64,000 nucleotides of DNA from Candidatus Altimarinota bacterium (GTDB lineage Bacteria; Patescibacteriota; Gracilibacteria; CAIRYL01; GCA-016699755): positions 384,001 to 448,000 of the forward strand of contig OY760935.1 in NCBI GenBank assembly GCA_963664295.1. The letters run 5' to 3'. The notes under the pieces are model-generated. The model did not search any database and had not been told where the DNA came from. It worked only from the letters and a program-made list of their open reading frames with translations. This document shows, in pieces, positions 49,333 through 58,836 of this stretch; the first letter of the stretch is position 1; each line of letters begins with the position of its first letter. A program made the position numbers and the translations under genes.

Positions 49333-50562
49333 ATGAAACAAAGTTTTTTTGCTGTAAAAACAGATAAAAATGCACCTCACGACGAGGGTAGCATTAACGC
49401 CCAGCTCCTAACCAGAGGCGGTTTTGTAAAAAAAGAATCTGCTGGGGTTTTTTCTTTTTTGCCTATTGGTTTGCGTGTTCTTCAAAAAATTAAAAGAATA
49501 ATTAGAGAAGAAATGAACGCAGTTGATATGCAAGAAATTTTAATGCCTGCTCTTATTCCTAAGGAAAATTGGCAACAAACAGGCAGAGACAATGTAGATA
49601 TTGGCTTTAAAACCGACAGAAACTATATTCTTGGTTGGTCACATGAAGAAATTGTCACCCCTCTTTCAAAATTATACATAAATAGCTATAAAGACCTTCC
49701 TGTTGCTCTTTATCAAATTCAGACTAAATTTCGAAACGAACCAAGGGCAAAATCAGGACTACTTCGTGGTAGAGAGTTTTCTATGAAAGATGGCTACTCT
49801 TTTCACCTTGATCGTGAGGATTTTCAAAAATATTATGATCGTGTTGCAGAGGCTTATTTTAAAACTTTTGAACGCGCTGGCTTAAAATCATATAAAATCG
49901 AAGCAGGTGGAGGAGAATTTTCAAAATTAATGTCACATGAATTTGCAGTAATTACGCCTGCAGGCGAAGATGTTATGCTATATTGCTCTGCTTGCGGTTT
50001 TGCTCGCAATGCAGAACTAAGGGAAAACGAAAAAGAAGAACCTAAAAAATGTGAAAAATGCGGAAGCGAGCTTAAAAAAGATAAGTGCGTAGAAGTTGGC
50101 AATATTTTTGATTTAGCTACAAAATACTCTGATGCTTTTAATTTAAAAATATCAGACAAAGACGGAAAACAAGTAGTGCCTTATATGGGTTGTTATGGCA
50201 TTGGCGTTAGTCGTTTAATGGGCACTATTGTTGAAGCTTTTCATGATGAAAATGGCATTATCTGGCCAAAAACAGTTGCTCCATTTCAAGTACATATTAT
50301 TTCATTAAATCAAGACGAAGAAGCAAAAAAACTAGAAAAAGAACTAGAAAAAGAGGGGTTTGAAGTGCTTTTTGATGATCGTGATGAAAGTGCAGGCAAA
50401 AAATTTGCTGATTCTGATTTAATAGGAATTCCGCTCAGAATTGTAATTTCCGGTAGAACAATAGAAAAAAACTCTGTTGAATGGAAAGAAAGAGCAAAAA
50501 ATGAAGCAGAAAACACACCATTAAGCGAAGTGGTAAATAAAATTAAAAGTTTTTATGCTTAA
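49333..50562 (+). CDS. proS: Proline--tRNA ligase (short form, no editing domain)
   Basis: KFRNE.R...GLLRGREF.MKD, E.GNIF.L, MGCYGIG..R. Confidence 0.95.
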   Translation: MKQSFFAVKTDKNAPHDEGSINAQLLTRGGFVKKESAGVFSFLPIGLRVLQKIKRIIREEMNAVDMQEILMPALIPKENWQQTGRDNVDIGFKTDRNYILGWSHEEIVTPLSKLYINSYKDLPVALYQIQTKFRNEPRAKSGLLRGREFSMKDGYSFHLDREDFQKYYDRVAEAYFKTFERAGLKSYKIEAGGGEFSKLMSHEFAVITPAGEDVMLYCSACGFARNAELRENEKEEPKKCEKCGSELKKDKCVEVGNIFDLATKYSDAFNLKISDKDGKQVVPYMGCYGIGVSRLMGTIVEAFHDENGIIWPKTVAPFQVHIISLNQDEEAKKLEKELEKEGFEVLFDDRDESAGKKFADSDLIGIPLRIVISGRTIEKNSVEWKERAKNEAENTPLSEVVNKIKSFYA

Positions 50563-51212
50563 TGCGAGAAAGCTTAATAAATAAACAAAAAAGAGCATTA
50601 AATATTTTAAAAATTCTTGAAAAAGAATTTCCAGAAGCAAAATGTGCTCTTGAACATAAAAACCCTTTTCAGCTTATGATTGCTGTGCTTCTTTCTGCGC
50701 AAAGCACAGACAAAGGAGTAAATAAAATTACTCCTACTCTTTTTAAAATTATTAAATCACCTGCAGAATTAGCAAAAATTTCTCAAAACGAACTTGAAAA
50801 ACTTATCCAAAGCATAGGTTTATATCGAAATAAAGCCAAAAACCTACGCGCAATTGGCAAAATACTCACAGAAAAACACCAATCAAAAGTGCCAAACACA
50901 ATGCAAGAGCTTATATCCCTGCCTGGAATTGCCCGCAAAAGTGCAAATATTATCCTTGAAACTGGTTTTGGAATTATTGAGGGCATTGCTGTTGATACGC
51001 ATGTTAGACGCATCTCAAACAGGCTTAATCTAAGCCAAGAAAATAATCCGGATAAAATCGAACAAGATTTAATAAAAATTTTTCCAAAAAAATATTGGGG
51101 CAGGGTTAATCATTTTTTTGTTTGGCATGGCAGAAAAACCTGCACAGCAAAAAACCCAAAATGTGATCAATGTGCCTCATTCCCTTTTTGTCCTTTTGGA
51201 TTAAGTAAATAA
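50562..51212 (+). CDS. nth: Endonuclease III
   Basis: LSAQ.TD, LPG..RK.AN, VDTHV.R, C-terminal Fe-S Cys motif. Confidence 0.95.
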   Translation: MRESLINKQKRALNILKILEKEFPEAKCALEHKNPFQLMIAVLLSAQSTDKGVNKITPTLFKIIKSPAELAKISQNELEKLIQSIGLYRNKAKNLRAIGKILTEKHQSKVPNTMQELISLPGIARKSANIILETGFGIIEGIAVDTHVRRISNRLNLSQENNPDKIEQDLIKIFPKKYWGRVNHFFVWHGRKTCTAKNPKCDQCASFPFCPFGLSK

Positions 51213-51249
51213 TTATCTATTACTATTGCTTTAATGTTCTATAATTTAT

Positions 51250-51580
51250 AATGCCCTTCCGGCAGTATTATATTCCGAGCGAACCTGCCTCTTTTTCTGT
51301 CTCTCTGAGCGTAATCCGCCCAGGCGGATGGAGCGAAGAATCTCCTTGTCCACTTGCTCAAGCCCTGCCTTGGCTTTTTGGGTTGTCATTGCGGACTTGA
51401 TCCGCAATCTCCTTGTCCACTTGCTCAAGTCCTGTCTTGGGTAATTCAACAGTAATGACTACGGGAGATCCTTCGCTTCGCTACGCTCACTCAGGACGAC
51501 AAAAAAAGGGTCAAAATAATACATGATTTTATCATTGTAAGCTTGATTCGCCACAGCAAACTTACAGCCCAGCAATCTCG
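51250..51580. repeat. REP-like palindromic cluster
   Basis: Modules shared with 7790-8055 and 27537-27911; internal repeat aatctccttgtccacttgctcaag x2. Confidence 0.75.
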
Positions 51581-51629
51581 GGAAGACACAATAATAAACC
51601 ACAATCATAAAACATACTTAAGCTATCAT

Positions 51630-52121
51630 CTACTGACAAGTTCCACCATCACAATCACCAGAGCAACACATCTCATCACCTACACATAAAGCCCCCTCTG
51701 CTGCACAACCGCCAGCAGTTTCTTCTTCAGTAATCAAAACCCGCACAAAATTAGAAATCAAAGCCCAAGCAAGAATAACCACCAAAAGACCAATAATCAC
51801 ATAATAAACCGTTTTTTTACCACCTTCTACCTGATCCTGACTAGAAGAACCAACAACCATACGCACACCACCAATAGATACAAAAAGTACAGCCACAATA
51901 CCAGCAACAATCAAAATAATATCAATAGCAGAAAACACTAAATCAAGCACACTTCCCTCTGAATCCTCAGCATTACGCAAAGAAGGGAGATTGTCAGGTT
52001 TTTGATCTAAAACCTGATCCATATAAGAACCAACATCAGCTGAAGCAAAATCAATGCCAACAAAAAACAAAGAAAAAGCTCCTATAAAAATAAAGGCCAA
52101 TATTGATTTTTTTATTTTCAA
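51630..52121 (-). CDS. VirB2/TrbC-like pilin with Cys-rich C-terminal tail
   Basis: Signal peptide, pilin hairpin (GG.RMV....DQ...GKK..YYVIIGL), C-C-CC-C-C tail. Confidence 0.75.
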   Translation of the reverse strand: MKIKKSILAFIFIGAFSLFFVGIDFASADVGSYMDQVLDQKPDNLPSLRNAEDSEGSVLDLVFSAIDIILIVAGIVAVLFVSIGGVRMVVGSSSQDQVEGGKKTVYYVIIGLLVVILAWALISNFVRVLITEEETAGGCAAEGALCVGDEMCCSGDCDGGTCQ

Positions 52122-52540
52122 ATTCGATTAAAAGCAAGATTAGTAATACCCCAAACAATCGCATAAGAAAGAGCCATAACAGCAATTCCCAAAGCACCCC
52201 AATAAAGCAATTTATTTGCTTTGCTGTTTTGCTCCTGATCACCAAAATTTGTCACATGCAAATAACCAGCATAAGTAATAACAACTGTAATTGCTGCGCC
52301 AGTAAGATAAAAAATAATATCAATCATCGCTGGTAAAAACTCTCTAGTTAAACTTCCATCTGGCAAATCTTTTGCATATTCCGAATGTGCTGAGCGATTT
52401 GGCAAAATATCCGCACCAAGATAACCCAAAAGATCACCTGATTTTATTTGCAAAAAAGCAACAACAAGCCCAAAAAGCAAAGGAAGTAGTAAAAATAATG
52501 AGAAAAATTTATGCCAATCATGTTTTTTTTGTTTATTCAT
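52118..52540 (-). CDS. VirB2/TrbC-like pilin
   Basis: YAGY..V..FGD.E...KA.K...WG..G. Confidence 0.75.
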   Translation of the reverse strand: MNKQKKHDWHKFFSLFLLLPLLFGLVVAFLQIKSGDLLGYLGADILPNRSAHSEYAKDLPDGSLTREFLPAMIDIIFYLTGAAITVVITYAGYLHVTNFGDQEQNSKANKLLYWGALGIAVMALSYAIVWGITNLAFNRI

Positions 52541-53037
52541 TAACTAGGCAAGGTTATATTTTCAATTACCTTCACTATAAAAAAGGAAAACATAGCAACA
52601 AAAAGCCCAATAATAGAAATTGTTATTGTTTTTTTACCTTTACTAATCATTTCCTCATCGCCAAAGTGGAGCAAGATCATGCCCCCACCAATCATAATTG
52701 TCACAACCGAAGCACCAGCCGCAAAAATAATTAACCAGCTAATCCAATTTGGAAAACCAGTAGTAAAAAACCAGTGATCTTCTATGTCATCAGTTGCGTC
52801 TTGATCACAACCCACAAGTCCTGCATCACCACACTCTATTTTTGGCACAGAATAAACAGAAGAAAATAATTGATCTGCTTTATTAGCAAATAAGCCAGTA
52901 AAACCAGCTAAATTTACTGTTAAAATCAAAGATAAAATACCAACTATCCACCTTTTTTGTGGTCTTGGTTTTGACTCTGGCAATAAATACATATTTTTTT
53001 GCTGAGTCTGTTCTTTTTTTTCTGGTAGTAAATACAT
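52540..53037 (-). CDS. VirB2/TrbC-like pilin
   Basis: GG.M....GDEE....GKK.I...IIG. Confidence 0.72.
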   Translation of the reverse strand: MYLLPEKKEQTQQKNMYLLPESKPRPQKRWIVGILSLILTVNLAGFTGLFANKADQLFSSVYSVPKIECGDAGLVGCDQDATDDIEDHWFFTTGFPNWISWLIIFAAGASVVTIMIGGGMILLHFGDEEMISKGKKTITISIIGLFVAMFSFFIVKVIENITLPS

Positions 53038-53039
53038 AA

Positions 53040-53870
53040 TTAAAGTTGAAAGAAAGAAGGATTAATCCAATTAAGAATAAGCGCACTAAGCGCAACCAAA
53101 ACAATGCCTAAAAGCGCCTGTGTTATGCGCTGTTTTCCGGAATCAGTGCTGGCAATACCACCAACCACCATAATCTCAATTCCACCAACAATCAGCATGA
53201 TCACAGCCACAACCACAACCAAGCCAGTACCAAAAAGATAAACTCGACCCACATATTCTTTCATTATTCCCACTGCTCCACCCTCGATAGCAATTGCTTT
53301 TGAGCTTCCTCCATCTTTTGTTGGTAGTGCAACATTAAGCTCTATGTCTTTGTTTTCAGGGCTATTTGCACAATTATCACCCTCACAAGCATTAGCGCCA
53401 TTTTTTTGATTAGGATCATTAGCTGGAGTGCCATTACCTTGGTCATCAGAATTTGGGGAATTGCCCCCTGCGCCATTAGGGTCATTAGCACCACCATTAT
53501 TAACACCGTTAGGGTTAGTATCTCCTTCTGCGCCTATAATATTATTAATATCATCAGTACTCAAATCGGGATTATGAGTACTAACAACATCTCTTAATAC
53601 ATCTGCATTAACCGAATTAAGATTTCCATCATAGGTATCAAGAAAAATTTGCTCCCCAGTTGTTAATGAGCTTCTGTCTTTACTAGAAAGATTTTCTTTA
53701 ATACTTCCAAAAAAAACATCTCTTGATACATCTGAATAATTAGCACTACCATCAGTATTATAAGTTTCATTAACAATATTGCCAGTAGTATCATCATAAA
53801 TATATTTTGCCTCACAAAAAGGCATTAAAACAAAAGCCAAAGCCAAAATAATTAAGATCTTTTTTTTCAT
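53040..53870 (-). CDS. Pilin with N/G/D-rich low-complexity N-terminal extension
   Basis: GG.....GG......GK.RI..AL.G......IL..INP C-terminal pilin domain. Confidence 0.75.
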   Translation of the reverse strand: MKKKILIILALAFVLMPFCEAKYIYDDTTGNIVNETYNTDGSANYSDVSRDVFFGSIKENLSSKDRSSLTTGEQIFLDTYDGNLNSVNADVLRDVVSTHNPDLSTDDINNIIGAEGDTNPNGVNNGGANDPNGAGGNSPNSDDQGNGTPANDPNQKNGANACEGDNCANSPENKDIELNVALPTKDGGSSKAIAIEGGAVGIMKEYVGRVYLFGTGLVVVVAVIMLIVGGIEIMVVGGIASTDSGKQRITQALLGIVLVALSALILNWINPSFFQL

Positions 53871-54259
53871 TGTGGAATTGCATAAAGAATAGTTTGTACC
53901 AAAGTGACAATCAAATAGGCAAAAATAGCTAAACCAAGACCAATAAGTGAGTATTTAATAATTTCTTTTCCTCTGTTCATCTGGTTTTCACTACCAGCAG
54001 AAGTGATAAGCATAATACCACCAATCATCACAGCCAAAACAGCAACCGAAGCTACTGTAATGTTCAAAAATTTCAAAATCTTAAACAAAAGCTCGGTCAC
54101 ACTCTTTGGCCCCCCAAGATAAGTAAACTCATTCAAGTCAACACTACTAGCGTCGTCTTTGGCAAAAACAAGATTGTTTAAAGTAAAAAATGCGCTCAAG
54201 ACAGCAAAAAATATTCTTTTTTTCACAATTCTTGCCATAATTACTTTTTTTATGCTCAT
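53867..54259 (-). CDS. VirB2/TrbC-like pilin
   Basis: GG.MLITSAGSE....RGK..I.Y..IGL. Confidence 0.78.
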   Translation of the reverse strand: MSIKKVIMARIVKKRIFFAVLSAFFTLNNLVFAKDDASSVDLNEFTYLGGPKSVTELLFKILKFLNITVASVAVLAVMIGGIMLITSAGSENQMNRGKEIIKYSLIGLGLAIFAYLIVTLVQTILYAIPQ

Positions 54260-54342
54260 TTTTGTTTTTGTTTTTCAAAGTTTTATCTATTTATTTTATC
54301 ACAAAAAAACCTCAAAAACAAGGCAAGAACAAAAGAAAAACA

Positions 54343-55392
54343 CTAAATAAAATCAGGTAAAATAAATTTTGTTTTCTTTTTTTCTACTCGAGCAACTTTT
54401 TCAATCTCTTTGCGTATTTTTGTCCCCCCTTTTTTGTATTGATTAAAAATCTTGATCAATCTTTCACTTGTAAAATTAGATTGTATAAAAAATTTGTTCA
54501 TATCAGATGATGCCAAAAAGCTCTTTACTTTGGGCATTTCTGCAAATGCAACAAAAGGTGTTTTTGTAAGCATTGCTATAATTGCTCCATGTAATCTTGA
54601 GCTTAAAACAAATTTTGCAGAGGAGATAATTTCCACAATTTCCTTATCACTCTTTGGTGAATAACATGGAATATTAAGCTTTTTTGCTAATTTATGATCA
54701 TTTGTAATTCTTTTTTGCATTGGCAAAAAAGCAACTTTTTCCCCCTTCTTTTTTAGGTATTGAACAAATTTTTTGATCCTTTTTATTTGCCTTTCTGTCG
54801 TATATTTTCCGTGCAATATCAATAAAATTTCTTTATGTTTTTTTTCTTGTTTTTTTATAGGCAAAAAGAAAACAGCATCAGTGCCAAAGCTTATTTTTCG
54901 TTTATCTACAGCCAAACTTTCAAGCAAATCAAAAGAATCTTGGTCACGCACAGAGAAAAAAGAAACTTTTTTAAAAATTTGCTTAGCAGTGTCAATAGAG
55001 CTGCCTTTATTTAAAGGTCCAATAGAATTTGCTATAAGTGCAATCCTTTTGTTAAAAAGAAAACAAAGACGCAAAAACAAAGACCACATCAAAAAAGCCC
55101 TTGGCTCTTTATCTTGAAACAATCCCCCACCACCAAAAAGCACTAAATCAGCTTCTTTTATAGCCCTAACTGTCTCCAAAAACTTTCCCCTAAAAAGGGA
55201 ACGAAAACCAAAAGGAGGCTGATAGACAGAATTCACTTTATGATGTTTCCTGGTGTGTTCTGGATTAGCGGAAACTACTGTTATCTGCCATTTTTTTGAA
55301 GAAATTGAATAAAGCAAACCCGAGAGTATCGCTTCATCACCGAAATTGATACCCCCGTAATTTCCAAAAATCAAAAGTTTCCTACGATTCAT
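54343..55392 (-). CDS. csaB: Polysaccharide pyruvyl transferase (CsaB-like)
   Basis: G.YG..NFGDEAIL, GGGGLFQD, SVRD, RLHG.I. Confidence 0.85.
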   Translation of the reverse strand: MNRRKLLIFGNYGGINFGDEAILSGLLYSISSKKWQITVVSANPEHTRKHHKVNSVYQPPFGFRSLFRGKFLETVRAIKEADLVLFGGGGLFQDKEPRAFLMWSLFLRLCFLFNKRIALIANSIGPLNKGSSIDTAKQIFKKVSFFSVRDQDSFDLLESLAVDKRKISFGTDAVFFLPIKKQEKKHKEILLILHGKYTTERQIKRIKKFVQYLKKKGEKVAFLPMQKRITNDHKLAKKLNIPCYSPKSDKEIVEIISSAKFVLSSRLHGAIIAMLTKTPFVAFAEMPKVKSFLASSDMNKFFIQSNFTSERLIKIFNQYKKGGTKIRKEIEKVARVEKKKTKFILPDFI

Positions 55393-55401
55393 TAATTAAG
55401 T

Positions 55402-56004
55402 TTATTTTTCTGAATCTTCTACCTTTTTCTCCTCTGTTTCTTCTTTTTTTACTTCTTCCTCAGCAGGCGCTTCTTCTGCTGGTTTTTCTTCAGCTTTAGC
55501 AGGTTCTACTTTTACTTCCTCAGTAGGTGCTTCTGTTGTTTCTTCTGCTTTTTTTGCTTCTTCCTCTTCTTTCACTTTTTCTGCCTGCACAGCTTCTTCA
55601 ATATCTTCTTCTGTTGGCTCATTGCTTGCTGTCATTTCTTGTAAATCTTTTTCTGTTAAGAATTTTTCCTTAAGTCTTGCAGATTTACCACTTCTTTCAC
55701 GCATGAAGAAAATCCTTGAGCGACGTGTTTTAGCCTCTTTTACAAGATCAATCTTATCAATTACAGCAGAATGAATTGAAAAAATCTTTTCAACGCCAAT
55801 TCCACCAATAATTTTACGCACAGTTATAGTTTTGCCTGCGCCTTGACCACCAGTTTGAATAATAAGTCCTTCAAAAATCTGAACACGCTCCTTATCACCT
55901 TCTTTAATTTTTTCATGCACACGAACTGTTTGACCAGCCTTAAAAGCAGGAAAAGATCGCTTTGCGCTCTCACGCTGTAGTTGTTGTAATGTTACTGTTG
56001 CCAT
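55402..56004 (-). CDS. rplS: 50S ribosomal protein L19 with acidic C-terminal extension
   Basis: EGDKERVQIFEG, TVRKI..GIGVEK. Confidence 0.96.
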   Translation of the reverse strand: MATVTLQQLQRESAKRSFPAFKAGQTVRVHEKIKEGDKERVQIFEGLIIQTGGQGAGKTITVRKIIGGIGVEKIFSIHSAVIDKIDLVKEAKTRRSRIFFMRERSGKSARLKEKFLTEKDLQEMTASNEPTEEDIEEAVQAEKVKEEEEAKKAEETTEAPTEEVKVEPAKAEEKPAEEAPAEEEVKKEETEEKKVEDSEK

Positions 56005-56021
56005 TTTACTTAATATAAAAA

Positions 56022-56588
56022 TTACTCAAGCATTTTTTCAAGCTTATTGATTAATGTCAAGTTTTTCGTATCACTTAATATATCTTTTATAAACTTATCT
56101 TTACATTCAAGCCTATACACAAAGTCTTCTTGAGACAATACAGAATAGCGAATTTCCTTTTCAGATTGTAGCTCAGTAGTAATAAAACTACTTAATTTTG
56201 TTTTATCTATATCACCAACAACCAAAATGTCAATACCTTCCTTTTTGCCAACAAAAGAACCAGAAAGTATCAAAAGGTCAACTTTTCCCATTCTTGATAT
56301 TTTTTTTGTAATTTCATCAGCACGAGAATTGCCTTTTTGAAAAATACTTTTTAGTTCTTCATAAATCAAAAAATCAGGATTAACTCTATAATATTTTTTA
56401 CGATTTTTATTTTTAACCCTTAAAAATCCAATTTTTTTAAGATTATTAAGCTCTCTTCTAACTGAATTTATTTGTTCATCAAGCAAACGAGTAAGTTCAC
56501 GAATAAAAAACTCTTTATCCTGCGGAGACAGTAAAAACATTTTAAATAATTTTACCCGGGTGTTTGAAGAAAATATTGCTTTGAGCAT
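56022..56588 (-). CDS. Winged-HTH plus nucleotidyltransferase-like CPR regulator
   Basis: F.S.TRVKL, RELTR...QINSVRREL, G.F....ID.LVVG. Confidence 0.75.
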   Translation of the reverse strand: MLKAIFSSNTRVKLFKMFLLSPQDKEFFIRELTRLLDEQINSVRRELNNLKKIGFLRVKNKNRKKYYRVNPDFLIYEELKSIFQKGNSRADEITKKISRMGKVDLLILSGSFVGKKEGIDILVVGDIDKTKLSSFITTELQSEKEIRYSVLSQEDFVYRLECKDKFIKDILSDTKNLTLINKLEKMLE

Positions 56589-56820
56589 TTATAATTTTTT
56601 TGTATACACATTTTGTACAAGGAATAGACTTTTTGCAAGCCTTTTTTTATTCATATCTTTTAAATGGCTTTAATAAGGCATTTTTTTGTATTACTTTTTA
56701 ATACAAGTTCATAAATTTTGCACATAATAGGCTGTGTTTTAACAAAACTAATGAACAAAATTTTTATACAACTTAATTTTATTTTGTCAGATAATTGTTT
56801 TTGCGTGATAATAAAAAATA

Positions 56821-57483
56821 ATGAATACAATAAAAACTCGATTAGGTCTAATTTACAAAAAACTTGCTCAATATCCACACGCAAAACTTGTTGTTGTCAG
56901 CAAATATCGTGATTTAAATGAAATAAATGAGGTTATAAATAGTGGTTTTCCCATTATTATTGCAGAAAATCGAATACAAGAAGCAGAGAAAAAGTTTTCC
57001 CAACTCCCCTCTTCGACAAAAAAACACTTAATAGGCCATTTGCAAAGCAATAAAGCAAAAAAAGCAGTGCAATTATTTGATATGATTGAATCTGTGGACT
57101 CTTTTAAATTAGCAGAAAAGCTTAATTATGAATGTGAAAAAATTAACAAAAAAATGCCAATCTTATTGCAAGTGAATATTTCTAATGATACTGCTAAATA
57201 TGGCTTTACTGAAACAGAAATAATAAGTATGTACAAAAAAATTATTCAACTCCCCTATCTTGAAGTACATGGTTTGATGACTATACCAAAATACTCAAAA
57301 GACCCAGAAAAAAGCCGAAAATATTTCCATCAATTAAGACAGTTGTTCAAAAAAATTGAACAAGAAAAAATATTCAATCAAAATTTCAAAGAATTATCAA
57401 TGGGCATGAGTTCTGACTGGAAAATTGCACTGAAAGAGGGTGCCACAATAATCCGTGTGGGTTCTTATATTTTTGAAGAATAA
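56821..57483 (+). CDS. yggS: PLP homeostasis protein (YggS family)
   Basis: VSK, ENR.QE, HLIG.LQSNK, GLMT, LSMGMS.D. Confidence 0.93.
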   Translation: MNTIKTRLGLIYKKLAQYPHAKLVVVSKYRDLNEINEVINSGFPIIIAENRIQEAEKKFSQLPSSTKKHLIGHLQSNKAKKAVQLFDMIESVDSFKLAEKLNYECEKINKKMPILLQVNISNDTAKYGFTETEIISMYKKIIQLPYLEVHGLMTIPKYSKDPEKSRKYFHQLRQLFKKIEQEKIFNQNFKELSMGMSSDWKIALKEGATIIRVGSYIFEE

Positions 57484-57628
57484 AAAATCCAAATTTTTAT
57501 ATTAAATGAAACATATTTATTTTTAAGTTTCAGATTATTATAACATAAAAAAACCTCTTAAAACAAGTTTCTAATTGCAAAAAACAACCTCAATCAGGTA
57601 AAATAAAAAAGATTTTAAAAACAAAACA

Positions 57629-58015
57629 ATGGAAAAAATGCAAATTGAAACAGCTTTAGCTCCTGATCTTGGCGGATTAGACCCGCACGGAGTTGCTTAC
57701 AATAATGTAATTTACACATCTGGCCAGATTGGTATGGATCCACGAGGGAATTTGCCTGACACCTTTGAAGAGCAAGCAAAAAACGCTTTTTACAACCTTA
57801 AAGCAGTGGTGGAAGCTGCTGGTTCCCGCCTTGATCGTATGACAAAAGTCACTGTCTATCTCACAGATATGCAAAATTTTGCAACAATGAATGAAGTATA
57901 TGGTCGCTTTTTTCGAGACGCCCCTCCAGCAAGAGAAATTATGGAAGTAAGCGCCTTAAGGCATAACTCCGATATTCAGGTTTCTGCAATGGGCTATGTA
58001 CGCACTGATACATAA
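57629..58015 (+). CDS. ridA: RidA/YjgF family imine deaminase
   Basis: SGQI, K.TVYL.DM..F..MN.VY, PPAR. Confidence 0.88.
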   Translation: MEKMQIETALAPDLGGLDPHGVAYNNVIYTSGQIGMDPRGNLPDTFEEQAKNAFYNLKAVVEAAGSRLDRMTKVTVYLTDMQNFATMNEVYGRFFRDAPPAREIMEVSALRHNSDIQVSAMGYVRTDT

Positions 58016-58836
58016 TATCTCTCTGCAAACTCCTCTCTTTTATCATTATCGTGAAATTTTAACATTCCTTTGGTAATTATTGTGCCAGAGGAATTTTTTA
58101 ATTTTTTAGCTTTTTTTAGGCTTCTTGGCAATAAAAATCTTTTTAATAAAGACTCAAACCACTTTCCAAAAATTATTTCTAAGAAAAAACAGCCACCATC
58201 TTTTTTGATTTTTTTATTTTTTAATAAAATATTCACTCCAACCTCCTGTTTTATCCAATTTTCATTAAGAAGTGCGAATTTTTTAAAAATTTTTTGTCCA
58301 AAGATAGGCACAAGAGATGCGCACCAAAAAGCCAAAAAAGGATCTTTTTTTAATTTTATTTTTTCTAGATCCAAATTCTCTGTGTCAGCAAAAAAAGATA
58401 AACAAAAACGACTAGCAATTTTATTTCCATATCTACGCACGCCCAAAATATGCAAAAAAAAGGTCACAAAAACCCTAGCAGTCCAAATGTGGTTTTTTTC
58501 AGTAATAATAAACAAATCAATATCACTTTTTTGGTCTGCAGAATAAAAAGAAGTGGTATTACAAACCGCAACAGCACGCACAAAAGGCAAAAAACGCAAG
58601 TATGGTAAATATTTTTCTGCTTTCTTTAAATGATTTTCGGAAATTTGCCTATTTTCTTTTGTTTTTTTAAAAATAACTTTATCTGCTGACCTTAAAACAT
58701 AATAGTCATCTTTTTTTTGATATTTTTGTAAATCTTGCTCTTTTATTTCTTTGTTTAAAAATTCTTCAAGCTCTTTTTTTGTTAAAGCTCTATTAAAAAT
58801 ATTAAAAAACGCCAAAATATTATCAATATTATTCAT
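57994..58836 (-). CDS. CPR-conserved nucleotidyltransferase-domain protein
   Basis: PFVR.VAV......SDIDLFII, RFCLSFF, LKFH..D.R; start placed at ATG 58836. Confidence 0.7.
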   Translation of the reverse strand: MNNIDNILAFFNIFNRALTKKELEEFLNKEIKEQDLQKYQKKDDYYVLRSADKVIFKKTKENRQISENHLKKAEKYLPYLRFLPFVRAVAVCNTTSFYSADQKSDIDLFIITEKNHIWTARVFVTFFLHILGVRRYGNKIASRFCLSFFADTENLDLEKIKLKKDPFLAFWCASLVPIFGQKIFKKFALLNENWIKQEVGVNILLKNKKIKKDGGCFFLEIIFGKWFESLLKRFLLPRSLKKAKKLKNSSGTIITKGMLKFHDNDKREEFAERYYVSVRT

